Shown here in pieces: positions 51,476 through 63,811 of a DNA stretch of 64,000 nucleotides. Origin of the DNA: Scyliorhinus canicula (Eukaryota); the NCBI RefSeq assembly GCF_902713615.1, contig NW_024055497.1:1396420-1460419 (forward strand), written 5' to 3'. Position 1 is the stretch's first letter. The number at the start of each line of letters is the position of its first letter. A program made the position numbers and the translations under genes. Under the pieces are notes generated by a model. It did not search any database and was not told where the DNA came from. It saw nothing but the letters and a program-made list of their open reading frames with translations.

Positions 51476-52019
51476 GCTGACTCTGACATTTTTGTGTAAT
51501 CTCACCTTTTAATTTAACCCAACCCCGGGGGAGGCCATTCTATCCTTCCTCAGGTTTGTTGCCCAGAACTGAACACAGTTCTCCAGGTTTGGTCTAACCA
51601 GGGTTTGTGAATCTCAGGGCTTTTCCAGTCACACTGAGACCTGAAATCTTCCCTCACAGACAGAACAGACAAACCTTTTACCTTCCACACCCAGATGCTG
51701 CTTAAATTCTGGTTCTGATGAATCGAGTGACTCTGTCAGATCGCAATGTGACGTTTGGTTTGCGTTTCCCGTCTGTTAAACCTCCACTTCCGGTATCCTG
51801 TAAATTTACAGAAACCTCACTGTCAGTTTCGGATAGAAATTCACAACATTTTCTCCTTGCCGACTTTGATTAAATGTATTTCTGCAGGCTTGATCACATG
51901 ACCTGCCACCATCCTCCAGCCATTAATCGGTCAACACTTCCATCCTTGCGACACACTGCCTTCCTCGGCCAATTGCGAAGCAAAAGGACTCATTACCTTA
52001 CAGGACAGTGTTTGACTAG

Positions 52020-53165
52020 GGCAGCACGGTGGTGCAGTGGTTAGCACTGCTGTCTCACACCACCGAGGTCACAGGTTTGATCCCAGTTCTGGGTCACTGT
52101 CTGTGCGAAGTTTGCACATTCTCCCCGTGTTTGTGTGGGTTTCACCCCCACAAACCAATGATTTTTAAAAAAAATTTTAAGTAACCAATTCATTTTTTTT
52201 CCAATTAAGGGGCAATTTAGCATGGCCAATCCACCTACCTTGCACATATTTGGGTTGTGGTGGTGAAACCCATGCAAACACGGGGAGAATGTGCAAACTC
52301 CACACGGACAGTGACCAAGAGCCGGGATCGAACCTGGGACCTTCGTGCCGTGAGGCATTAGGTCTAACCCACTGCACCACCGTGCTGCATCCCCACAATG
52401 CAAAGATGTGCAGGTTAGGTGCATTGGACACACGGAATTGTTCCTGAATTGGAAAAAATGAATTGGGCACTCTAAATTTATTTTAAAAAGGACAGTGATT
52501 GACTGTCAGTCAATCAACCTTTATCCCAGTTTCAATATTTTTATATCTAAAGAAGAGAAATGTTCAAAAATTGTTTTTTACTGTCCTCATGATTTTCCAG
52601 AGACCCAAAATTAGTATTTTTACTGTCCTAATCATGTTCCAGAGTCACAAAAATATTTTTTACTGTCCCAATGATTTTCCAGAAACCCATGTATTTCATA
52701 GAATTTCATAGAATTTACATTGCAGAAGGAGGCCATTCGGCCCATCGAGTCTGCACCGGCTCTTGGAAAGAGCATCCTACCCAAGACCTCCACCCTATCC
52801 CCATAACCCAGTAACCCCACCCAAGACTATGGGCAATTTTGGACACTAAGGGCAATATAGCATGGCCAATCCACCTAACCTGCATATCTTTGGACGTGGG
52901 AGGAAACCGGAGCACCCAGAGGAAACCCACGCACACACGGGGAGAACGTGCAGACTCCACACAAACAAGTGACCCAAGCCGGGAATCGAACCTGGGACCC
53001 TGGAGCTGTGAAGCTAAATTGCCCTTAAGTATCCAAAATTGCCCTTAGAGTTGAGTGGGGTTACTGAGATAGGGTGGAGGTGTGGGCTTGGGTCGGGTGC
53101 TCTTTCCAAAAGCCAGTGCAGACACGATGGGCCCAATGGCCTCCTTCTGCACTGCAAATTCTATG
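52020..53165. mobile_element. Nested, alternating-orientation SINE cluster
   Basis: Plus copy at 52020-52150 and 52390-52490, split by a minus copy at 52180-52385; minus copy at 52690-53010; plus tail at 53015-53165. Confidence 0.8.
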
Positions 53166-53569
53166 AATCAGTCCCTCGATTTGTGGGTGACGTCTACTCA
53201 GGGTTGTAAATTTCTATCGAAAGGGAAAATGCTGGAAAATCTCAGCAAGTCTGGCAGCATCTGTAGAGATAGAAAAGAGCTAACGTTTCGAGTCCGATGA
53301 CTCTTTGTCAAAGCCCATTGATTGTGAATTTCTATCCTGGGTCTTCACATGGCTGAACAGAGCCGCAGAGTTTTGGACAGAATGTCTAATGAGAGTGAAA
53401 TCCAGAGAGCAGGATTGGCTTCCATTTCTTTCCATCTCTGCCATTGCTTTGCATCATCAATAAGACATTGGGACTCAAAGACGAATACAGTTTGATGGAC
53501 AAGTTGTCTCCATTCTGAACAATGGGGAACAAGCTCCTCCCACTCATTGAAACATCGCCCCGACAAAGA

Positions 53570-53990
53570 TGACAAACACGCATGCGCCCTGATTTACATC
53601 CAATAAAGATGGCGGCCGTTAACCCGAGCCGAACGTGAGGAGCTGCAGTTCCGCTCGGTACAAACGGAGTCCCGGAAACCTTTCCGATGTTTGCGATTTC
53701 AACAACTTTACACAACGTTTCCGCCCGCCCCCACGATCTCTCGCTCCCTCCATGTTGTTAAAGTCCTCTCACCGATTTCCGATCTGAAAAACACGTCCTC
53801 CTACATCGCCATTACACACACTGCGCATGCTTCAATCACAGCGGGCCCGCCCCTCATTCACTCCGATTGGTTGGAGGACTAGCTGCTTCCGGTCGGTCCC
53901 GCAGTCCCGCCCCTCCTCTTCCTATTGGTCCGGGGCTGCCGTCAATCACCCGAGCATTGTGAGGCAGATTTCAGGCTGACTCGCGGATTG
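53570..53990. promoter_or_regulatory. ZF promoter cassette P3
   Basis: TGCGCATGC at 53822, AAGATGGCGG at 53606, GC and CCAAT core; paralog of P2. Confidence 0.7.
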
Positions 53991-54014
53991 ACTCAATAAT
54001 CATCGAGATACAAT

Positions 54015-54250
54015 TATAGAATTTACAGTGCAGAAGTCGGCCGTTCGGCCCATCGAGTCTGCACTGGCTCTTGGAAAGAGCATCTCCACACTATCCCTGT
54101 AACCCATCGACCCCATCTAACATAAGGGCAATTTAGCCTGGCCAATCCACCTAATTTGCACATCTTTGGACTGTTGGAGGAAACCGGAGCACTTGGAGGA
54201 AACCCCACGCAGGCACGGGGAGAACGGGCAGACTCCGCACAGGCAGTGAC
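54015..54250 (-). mobile_element. HE1-like SINE
   Basis: Family match. Confidence 0.85.
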
Positions 54251-54411
54251 ACTTTTGTTGGGGCTTCTAGCTGATTTTGGTATTTTATTTTGAGTGGACC
54301 ACATGGTTGGGGAAAGCAAGAGACGAAAGAAGGTTTGATAGAAACTAGAATGATCTGTTGTGAATTTCTATTCTATTCTTATAGTGATCGTTTTATAAAC
54401 TTATTTTTCAG

Positions 54412-54660
54412 GCATTAGAACGGGAGGATTGGCAGCTGGGCAACTCGAACCAAATATAACATCAAGATCTGACAGTCACTCAATTCATTAGGATCTAAAT
54501 ATCACAAACTGTCAATGTGTTTGTCTGTTCGGACTGTGGGAAGAGATTTCAAACATCAGTGTGACTGGAAAAGCCCCGAGACCCACACACACCTGAGTGG
54601 GAGTGTTCCAGTGAACTGACTGTGGAAAGAGCTTTAACCAGTTACACAGCCTGAAAAACA
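54412..54660 (+). pseudogene. 5' end of a plus-strand ZF exon, truncated by a CR1 fragment
   Basis: Acceptor TTATTTTTCAG|G at 54411/54412; VFVCSDCGKRFQTSV*LEK...TDCGKSFNQLHSLK. Confidence 0.75.
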
Positions 54661-55155
54661 ATCTTGTTTCCTCTTGTGGGAGAGTCTGAGACCAGAGGGC
54701 ATAATCTCAGAGGAAGGGATCTCAAATTTAGGACAGAGGTGAGGAGACATTTCTTCCATCGGAGGGTAGTGAATCTGTGGAATTCTTCAGCTGTGAAATC
54801 ATTCACATACACATACATGTGGGTTTGAGTAGGGTGATCATGGCTTGGCACAACATCGAGGGCCGAAGGGCCTGTTCTGTGCTGTACTGTTCTATGTTCT
54901 ATGTTCTATTCTGTCTCAAGAGTTTACCATAAAAAGGCAAAGGTGAAGGTGCCTTAACCCGGATGGGCCGCTTGGTGGCGCAGTGGCTCTTTCACTGAGG
55001 GGCCTTGAGTTCAGACACATCCCAGACAGGCCTGGTGAGAAATATCTGTCTGGGAAAGGGGAGACAACTTTATAATCGGGGAAATGGAGCGGTGCCGATG
55101 GGCCTTAGAGAAAGGAGTTCAGATTAGTCTTATTTTCTTCATTTTTCATTCAATA

Positions 55156-55196
55156 TTTATTAACATTTCAGAGAAAATATTACACAAAAGTTTATT
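55156..55196 (-). terminator. Candidate poly(A) signals for membrane IgM mRNA
   Basis: AATAAA on the minus strand at 55191-55196 and 55156-55161. Confidence 0.5.
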
Positions 55197-55575
55197 TTGA
55201 TGTTGACAAAACGGAACATAACGATTGAGGGTCACAGTGAGAACAGAACACATGCCCTCTGAGCTGCCAAATGTATGTACAACTGTAACAGGCACAAGAG
55301 AGAGAGAACAGGGGCTCAATTACGAGGTAAGTTACTTATTTAGACATGACATTGAGAGAAATTATGAGCTACAATTACATTACTGCCAAAATTATCTTGT
55401 ACATTTTAAACTGAAAAGCAGAAATACTGTCCATGATTGTCTCAGTTACAGATACAGAATAATAAACTGAGAGAATTTTACTGTTAGAGTCACCAAGAGG
55501 AGATATTGTATTTGTGTCACACACAGATCATAATAAACAGCTGAGGGAAATCTACAGCGTCCGAACGTCAACCCA

Positions 55576-55584
55576 TCACTTGAT
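55576..55584 (-). CDS. IGHM: IgM TM2 exon (IK*)
   Basis: Polypyrimidine acceptor CTCTCTCTTTTACAG|ATC AAG TGA; gives cytoplasmic tail KIK. Confidence 0.9.
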   Translation of the reverse strand: MK

Positions 55585-55722
55585 CTGTAAAAGAGAGAGA
55601 AAATGATGAAGCAGATGTTTATGATCTGGGACATTGATGTTAGAGTTTTTAATCAATCAAACATTTAGGGGTTTTAAACGGCTTCTGTCAGTTTGAAGTG
55701 TGAGTGGATTGACTCTTCTCAC

Positions 55723-55850
55723 CTTCACCAGAGTGACTGCAGCGCTGTAGGAAATGCTCAGGAAGAACAGGGTGATGAATGTGGAAGCGGTTGTCCAGAT
55801 GTTCCCGTTATCATCCTCATCGTCTTCAGTCCAGGTGTGGTCTGTGGTAT
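55723..55850 (-). CDS. IGHM: IgM TM1 exon
   Basis: AG|...DTTDHTWTEDDEDDNGNIWTTASTFITLFFLSISYSAAVTLVK|GTGAGA; conserved antigen-receptor TM motif. Confidence 0.95.
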
Positions 55851-56199
55851 CTACGAGGATACAGCCCAATAAATATAATCAGATTGTTTGTTAATCCAGG
55901 ATATGTTTTGTAATATTCTCGTTTCATTTTCTCCCGCTGCTAATTCATTCTTTAATATATTTGTCATTGCATATCTACTGTTGAGTTCATGACACTCGGA
56001 AATCGATCTCTGTAACTTTTTTCTTCCAATTAAAGGCAAGTTAGCCTGGCCAATCCACCTACCCTGCACATCTTTGGGTGGTGGGGGTGAGACCCACGGG
56101 TCACGGGGAAGGTCCACAGGGACACAGACCCAGGAGCGGGATCAACCCCAGGTCCATGGTGGCATGAGGCAGCAGTGCTAACCACTATGCCACCGTGAC

Positions 56200-57650
56200 G
56201 CCATTGCCTGACGTTTGTGTTTGTTCTTTATCTTTTGTGTCTGTGTAGATGCGAAATTCGTTTTTTGCTTTACTCTTCTTTTGTGCGTCCCGATGTCTTT
56301 ATAAGTGTCATTGTGTGTGTTCATGTGTCAATGAGTATTGACCCGTGTATTTGTGTGTCAGCGCCTGCATGTGAACTTTGTTTATCTTCTGTCAATGTGT
56401 ATATATTGTGTGTGTTTGTGTGTTGAAATCTATGTTCATATATTAATGCCTGTGTTAATATAAGTTTATACTTCCCTGCCCAGTAATAAAAGTGTTAATG
56501 TGTCTTTATACGTTCAACATGCATGTCAGTGTCTTAATGTTTGTGTCTGGATAAGTACGTTTGTGTGTGTGTGTGTTTGTTGATGCCTGTATTTCATCAT
56601 AGAATCATCATCGGATAATCCCTACTGTGCCGAACGAGGCTATTCGGCCCATTGAGTCTGCACCGACCCTCCGAAAGAGCACTCTGCCTGGACGCATGCC
56701 CCTGCCCTGTCCCCAGAACATCGTAACCCCACCTAACGTTGTGGGCACTAAGGGGTAATACAGCCTGGCCAATCCACCGAACCTGCACATCTTTGGACTG
56801 TGGGAGGAAACTGGAGCACCGGGAGGAAACAGGAACAGACCCGGCAGAACGTGGGAACTCCACACAGACAATCACCCAAGGCTGGAATTGAACCCGGGTT
56901 TATGGTGCTGTGAGGCAGCAATGCTATTTATGCGTTGATGGCTGTTTATAACTATCTATTGATGTGTATTGATGATTCTATGTTTATTCATATGTGTTCG
57001 TGTTAGCGTGTGTACAAGTCTGCTATTATGTGTCTGCGCGAGCCCATTAGTGTGTTAATGTGGATTATTGTCTCTGAATGGAAATATTTCTGGCATCGTG
57101 AAATTCTGCTAATGTACATGTTATTGGTTACATTTGTGTTTAATATTCTTCTGTCAGCCTGCTTGTCTGGTTTTATATGTTTGTGTATCTGTGTGGCCAT
57201 GTGGCTGTTTGTGTACATTTGTGTAGCCACTTGTGTGTGTGGATTTGTGTGTGTGTGTGTGGATGTGTACGTGTGCCTGTCTCTGTATAAATGTGGGCTT
57301 GTTTGTGTTTATGTGCATGTTTGTGAATTTTTGCGCACGTTTGCGTATGTTTTTGTGTCAAAATATGTGTGGTTCGTTGTGCCTGGGTATATGTTTATGC
57401 ATGCGTTTCTATGTGTGTGTCCATGTGTGTGTTTGTGTCTACGTGTGAGTGTGTGTGTGTTTGTGGGTCTATATGCATGAACGTGTAGTGTCTGTGGGTC
57501 TATGTGCATGAATGTGCAGTGTTTGTGTCTGTTTATCTGTCTGTGTATTTGTATCAGCTGCCTGTAGCTTTGCCAGTTGTGGGTATTATTGGTACCGATG
57601 GAGAATATGTTGAACTTTCTGCTTATAAATGTGTTTTGTGTGAGTTGCAA
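56200..57650. repeat. TG-rich low-complexity region, with SINEs at 56000-56195 and 56600-56925 (-)
   Basis: Degenerate (TG)n sequence. Confidence 0.85.
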
Positions 57651-58059
57651 GCTGACATCAGGTGACCTAATGCAAAAATACAAGGAGGTGCCTCAGGAGA
57701 GAACAGTGAAAACCCAGGGAGAATTCAATCACCAGTCTGGATTTGGATTATGGGGAATCGGTCTCAGCATACGGATAAGAGGAACAAGGGTGCTAAAAAT
57801 TCTGTTGCATGAATAGATACTTTAAGAACATCTTTATCATGATGGTCTTTTTAAGCCTTCAGCCAGTAAGCTAAATGGCGTCTTCTAATGTCAGTAACTG
57901 AATTCTTAGTCTAGAGAACCGTTTACTTCCAAACTCCCTGCTTGGGGACTGGGAAGATATTGAGTTAATAATCTCCCTCTCTCTGGACAGATCAGCAAAT
58001 TGCCTTTGGGTTCTCCCTGCTGGAGGTGGAGATACAGAGAGTTCAATCATCACCTTCAT

Positions 58060-58368
58060 CTTCATTTGGTCGGGAAAGTGGAGGTAAAATGGGTTAGTTT
58101 TTGCTCTCTTTGTTGGGGAAGTGGGGAGGCAGTGGATTAACTAATGCCCCTCCCCCTCTCATTGTTAGAAGCGGATGTACAGTGGATTACTCAGGCCTTC
58201 ACCGTCTCTTTGTTGGGCAAGTGGAGGTACAGTGTGTTAACTAATGCCCCTTCCCCTCTCTTTGTTGGGGAAGTGGGGGTACAGTGTGTGAACTAATGCC
58301 CCTTCCCCTCTCCTTGCTGGGGAAGTGGGGGTACAGTGGATCAACAATTTCACTTTCCCCTCTCTTTG
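58060..58368. repeat. About 52-bp G/C-tract tandem repeat (about 6 copies)
   Basis: CTCTCTTTGTTGGGGAAGTGGGGGTACAGTG...CTAATGCCCCTTCCC units near 58104, 58156, 58205, 58256 and 58308. Confidence 0.85.
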
Positions 58369-58772
58369 ACTGGTGATTGTTGGTCCATGTTTCTGTGTGA
58401 TCCTCAATTCAGTTCCCAGTGGGTGTGATACAGCAACTTAAAGCTGACATTAATTTTAAAGGGATGGACAATGAGAGAAGCAGGAACACCGAGATCTAAA
58501 TGTGATGGGTTTGTTTGTCTGAAATGGGAAAGTGTCCGATTTCTCCTCAGCGGGAGGAAAGTCAATGAAGATATTTTGCTGAATCCTGGAATGAATGAGT
58601 TTTACTCTGTCTCTAACCCAGGGTGTATCTGTGCTGGGAGCACTGGTTGTATCAGACTTGGGGCTGAGACCTGTAGAAATCCGGGTCTCATTGAACAGAT
58701 CTAATATCAGCAAAGTGGAAGCACCATTAATTAAGCGGCTGTATATTTAAATCACAATTGGAGGAAAAAACC

Positions 58773-58787
58773 TTTATTATTTTTATT
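58773..58787 (-). terminator. Secretory IgM poly(A) signals
   Basis: Two AATAAA on the minus strand (58782-58787, 58773-58778), about 30-40 nt after the stop. Confidence 0.75.
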
Positions 58788-58814
58788 TCAGTTCGAAATG
58801 CAATTGATAGAATC

Positions 58815-59206
58815 TCATTGACATGAATTAACGGTGTCCATCAGAGCGAGGGAAATGTTCACAAAACTGGGTTTACCGCTGGATTTATCAACCGTTCTGT
58901 TGATGATCTTCAAGGGGATGGCTTCATGTCCCACCACACAGGAGTAAGAAGCGCCGCTGGCCCACTCCTCCGCTGCAATGGATAACAGGCTGTACATGAA
59001 GAAGGAGCTATTGCCGTTCTCCGCCATCACCTCGGTGTTCTTGTAGTTCCCGGGATTCACCGGCTTGTCGTTGACGGTCCACTTGACGAAGATCTCTCGG
59101 GGGGAGAAACCTCTCACTAAGCAGCTGAGGGAGACGAATCTCTGAACGGAGACGTCTTCAGCCGAGGGCAGGAGGACAGAGACGGACGGTTCCCGCGGAT
59201 TGGGAT
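58815..59206 (-). CDS. IGHM: IgM Cmu4 plus secretory tailpiece
   Basis: [14 protein letters not shown]...SLSCLVRGF...W...[43 protein letters not shown]. Internal donor G|GTAAA at 58877/58876; tail has a sequon and penultimate Cys. Confidence 0.97.
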
Positions 59207-59479
59207 CTGCAGAAAATGTACAATAAATGTTTATAAAATGGAAAATTCCGGAGACAATGGAACCGCGGGTTAGATGTGAGAGAAATGTGTTTTGTGTTGG
59301 ATTTTAAAGATTTCCATTTTCCACTTTGGGATCTGTCCGGGTTCCCAGCTCGGAGCAGAGGTGGACACAATCCTTTTCCCTGAGAATTTACGGATGTTGG
59401 TTCGAAAGTTTCAGAAAGTTTACAGCAGGGAAACAGGCCATACGGCCCAACTGTTCTGTGCTGGTGTATAAACTCCACA

Positions 59480-60700
59480 CTAGGTTCCTCCCACCTTACT
59501 CCAAGTGGATTGGAAAACTGCCAATGTAACACCTTCATTCAAAAGGGAGGGAGTCAAAACAGGGAACTATAGGCGAGTGACCTTAATTGCTGAGCATTTA
59601 GACATACAGAGTATAATCAAGCAGGGTCTGCACGGCTTCGTGAAGGGTAAGTCATTCCTGACAAATTTATTGCAATTCTTTGAGGTGATAACGAGAAGGC
59701 TAGAGATAGGGGGACCAGTAGATGTAATATGCATGAATATCAAAGCTGAGTTTAATAAGTGAATGTACTATTCCCACGGCTGCAGATACTAAAATAGAAA
59801 GGCAAGTGGTGAGGATTACAGAAAATCTAGAGAGGGACAGAGACAGTTTAAGTTACTGAATAAATCTTGACAGATGGAATATGATGCAGGAAAATCTGAG
59901 GTTAGACACTTTGGTCGGAGGAAGAACATAACGGAATATTATTTAGATGGAGAAAGACTGCAGAAAGCTGAAGTAACGGGGGGATTGGGGGTCCTCGTGC
60001 AAAAAGCACAAAAAACAAGTTCTGCAGGTAATATGGAGACAAATTGATTGTTGAAATTTATTTCCAAGGGAATAGAATATAAACATGGGGAAGTCTGACT
60101 AAAACTATACAAGGCATTAGTTAGTCTGCACCTGATACACTTTGAATAGTTTTGGTGCCCTTCTCTAAGGAAGACAGATTGGTTTTGAAGGCAGTCCAGA
60201 GAAGGATCACGAGGTTGATTCCGAGTATGGAGGGCATTTTCTTATGGGGAGAGGTTAAGTCGGCTGGGCTGTACTTATTGGAGTTTAGAGGAATCAAGGC
60301 GACCTACTTGAGACATGAAATATTCTCCAGGAGCTTCTTAGGATAGACGGTGAGAGGTTGTTTTCCCCTGTGGGAGCGTCTAAGAGCAGCGTGCAGGATC
60401 ACAAAGTGAGGATTCGCCCATTTCAGACAGAGATGAGAAGGAATTTCCTCTCCCAGAGGGTAGTGAAGCTGTGGAATTATTTAACGTAGGGGGCTGTAGA
60501 TTCTGGGTTGTTCAGTATGTTCAAGGTTGAGAGAGACATATTTTAAATTAGGAAAGGCATCAAGAGATATGGGGATAAGGTGGGAAAGAGGAGTTGAAGA
60601 TTATCACAGCAGATCAGTCATGACCTCACTGAAGGCTGGACCAGTGTTGATGGGCCCAATGACCTACATCTGATCCTAAGTCTTATGGTCTATGGTCCCG
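59480..60700 (+). mobile_element. Degenerate CR1 in the Cmu3-Cmu4 intron (antisense to IgM)
   Basis: DWKTANVTP.FK..G.KTGNYR, QGLHGFVKGKSFLTNLLQFFE. Confidence 0.85.
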
Positions 60701-60912
60701 CTCCATCTAAACCCAAAATCACTATCTTCAATTCATTGTTCATTCATGTGCATATCAATTTCCCCCCTAAACTCTAAACGCCCAGAGTATTTAGTTAGTG
60801 GAATTACCAATCAGAATGGACCATAAATACACTGAATGCTAAATACTGACAGCTGCACTGACACTAGAAATAGACACAATGACTCACTTATTGCTTCAGT
60901 CTCACCGCTCAC

Positions 60913-61221
60913 CTATTTTTTTGTGGATTGAAATTCTTAAAGGAGTTGGCAGGTCCTGATGGCTCGCCACACAGTCAAACACAGCTCCACTCAGCCAGGC
61001 TTGTGTCGAGATGTTTAATTTGCTGACCACGCTCTCAGTATCTGCCCCAGGCTGGTTGGCAATCTCTGATTTCAGCGGCTTCTTCGCTTCACTCCAGGAC
61101 ACGTTGACTCCATAGGGAGCATTCGAAATGACGCAGGTTAAGGTTACAGTCGCCTCCAGTAAGACCTGTTCTACTGGCGGTGGCAGTATTGTTACTGAGG
61201 CATCAGTGCAAACGGAAGGAT
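60913..61221 (-). CDS. IGHM: IgM Cmu3 exon
   Basis: AG/GT boundaries, phase 1; [15 protein letters not shown]...TLTC...W...[14 protein letters not shown]. Confidence 0.95.
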
Positions 61222-61399
61222 CTGTGAATGAAAACATGAAAATCAACACAAGTTTCATCTTCAGAATCAGGACAGCAAGATTCAGCCTTCACTCTCTCAA
61301 TGGGAATAAAGCAACTTCAAAATATCAACCTCTGAAGACCGCCTTTAATCTTCGATATACAATAGAAAACCAGCGTGATCTGTGAAATCTATTATAGAA

Positions 61400-62290
61400 T
61401 AATAGATCACTACAGTGCAGAAGAGGACCATTCGGCCCATGGAGTCTGCACCGACCCTCGAAAGAGCGGGCAATTCCCCCACCCTATCCCTGTAGCCGCA
61501 CAACCCTACCTAATCTTTGGACATTCAGCGACAATTCAGCATGACCAATTCACCTAACCTGCACATATTTGCCTGCGGGAGGAAACCGAAGCAGAGGAAA
61601 CCCAGCAGAGACGGGGAGAAGGTGTAAACTCCACCAAGTCAACTAGCGTCAGTATCGAACCGGGGTCCCAGGCACAGTGAGGCCTCAGTGCTAACCATTA
61701 TTGTGAAAGTCGTTTAGCCCCGGTATCATTTTAATGAATCAGTATTGCAGCATTCAATGCGATTCATAATTCCCGATCTCTGGAACACAGTCTTGAACGG
61801 TAATTTATAAATAGGTTGGATGAACGTTTCAACACTTTCCCCCGGAGCCGTTATCAATAAAGGATTCAAGACACCCACTGCATCTGAAATATAATCAGCT
61901 GTTTCGGAATAAAACTGATATCAAGTCCACCTCACTCACTAAATGTAGAGGGAAACATTCTTTGCTGACATAGAACAGTACAGCACCGAACAGGCATTGA
62001 TGTTGTGCCGAGCAATGATCACCCTACTCAAGCCCACGTATCCACCCTATACCAGTAACCCAACAACCCCCATTAACCTTATTTTTAGGACACTAAGGCA
62101 ATTTAGCCTGGCCAATCCACCTAATCCGCACATCTTTGGACTGTGGGAGGAAACCGGAGCACCGGGAGGAAACCCACGCACACACGGGGAGGACGTGCAG
62201 ACTCCACACAGACAGTGACCCAGCCGGGAATCGAACCTGGGACCCTGGAGCTGTGAAGCATTTATGCTAACCACCATGCTACCCTGTTGC
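61400..62290 (-). mobile_element. Two HE1-like SINEs (61400-61700, 61965-62290) in the Cmu2-Cmu3 intron
   Basis: Family matches. Confidence 0.85.
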
Positions 62291-62480
62291 CCACTGATAA
62301 CTGATAACATTCTGAATGGTGAGCAATTCTAATGCAGCTCTTACATCAGAATGAAACACAAACTACATGGCAGTAAATTAGAAGTTATTCGGTGCTTTGT
62401 ACTAACTTCAGTAAATTCCTGATTTGGATTAACATCAGAGTGCAGGATGATTTATTGTTTCCTCTGTGTGTGTCTCTTAC

Positions 62481-62792
62481 CAGACGCGGTGATGTTCAGA
62501 CTTTGGGTGACCTCTTGATGAGTGACCTGGCAGGTATAGACCGCTTTGCTGAACCATTCCCCAGCAGAGACTGTCAGCCGACTGCTCGCCGAGAAGTTCC
62601 CGTTCACTTCACAGGCGGGAGAGGTGACAATTCCTGAACCCATGGCTTGTCCATTCTTCAGCCACTTCACGTTAATCGAGTTTGGACGGAAATCGTTGAT
62701 TGAGCAGACGATGGTAGCAAATTTCTGTCTTGAGATTTCTTCATTGGAACTCACGGTGAGGAGAACATTCGGATGGATGTAATTTCCACCAC
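62481..62792 (-). CDS. IGHM: IgM Cmu2 exon
   Basis: AG/GT boundaries, phase 1; [11 protein letters not shown]...TIVC...W...YTCQVTH. Confidence 0.95.
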
Positions 62793-62996
62793 CTTCAAAA
62801 ACACAAGTTAACATTTCTTGCAGAAGATCTTGTAACAAATAAAATGATTTATTATGTTTTAACTGTTTATCTGCAGTCAATATTTTTCGCCAAGAATCAG
62901 AACTATGCAGAGTACCATAAATGTATCATAAATAACCAAAGTTGTAAATTAAATAATCAAAGCGGTTCTGTTTGTCACAGGTTCCACAATACTTAC

Positions 62997-63296
62997 ATGG
63001 CATTTCAATACTCTTGTCTGAGCCGCTGTGTCGAACCTCACAGCTGATTTTGCTGCATCCCCCCTCTGACTCGGTGATGGTTAACTGGCTGCTCAGGGTG
63101 TAGGTTCCCTTCTTGTTTCTCACTGACGGGTATTTCTTAACTCCAGTGGTGATCAGCTGCCCATCTTTCTTCCAGGTAAGGCTGGTGATTTCTGGGGAGT
63201 AGTCCATCGCCAAACAGCCAACGGTTACGGAGCCGTCGGTGTTGTGTTGCTGGCAGGAGGAGACCAGGCTGTAGAGAGTGGGCGGAGACGGTGTCG
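62997..63296 (-). CDS. IGHM: IgM Cmu1 exon
   Basis: CCAG|CG ACA CCG; [14 protein letters not shown]...GCLAMDYSP...WKKDG...[16 protein letters not shown]|GTAAGT, typical shark Cmu1. Confidence 0.97.
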
Positions 63297-63649
63297 CTGG
63301 GAGAGAATGGCCCATTCAACAAGTTAGACTCTGGTATTCGTGATTTATAAGTAACCAAGCATTTCATAATTTGACTAGTACTATCCTAACATTTACCGAT
63401 TTAATCATACATCCACATCGAATCTTCAATCAGTTCTATCGTTGGGATTCATCTACTTTTTGCCCCCTCTTTAGAAACCCACATTTCTTTCTCCGTCTCT
63501 ATCGAAAGAAACACATTTTGATGTAATCTGAATGGTGTAACGTTCACTGGATTGAAAGAGAGGAGCAGAGCGTTTTCCCCATTATTTCAGCCACCATGTC
63601 ATATAAAATGTGAATGAGGCCATAGTCCCGGAGACTGCCCTCTCCTTCT

Positions 63650-63811
63650 GAGAGCTGACTGATGGTGATTTAACCTGAGGGTCACCACACCTCAGGCGAG
63701 GGGCAAGGTTGAGAATGGGGGTCTTTATGAATAACCTCAGCCGGTGCAGCAATTGAACCCGCGCTGTTGGGATTGATCTTCATCACGAACCAGCCGTCCG
63801 CTAACTGAGCT
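63650..63811 (-). mobile_element. SINE-B copy in the J-Cmu intron
   Basis: Matches 34352-34530; its tRNA-like head merges into the tandem array. Confidence 0.8.

Noticed and set aside
57010-57683. Cys/Val-rich or His/Thr-rich ORFs
   Set aside because: These are translations of (TG)n low-complexity sequence.
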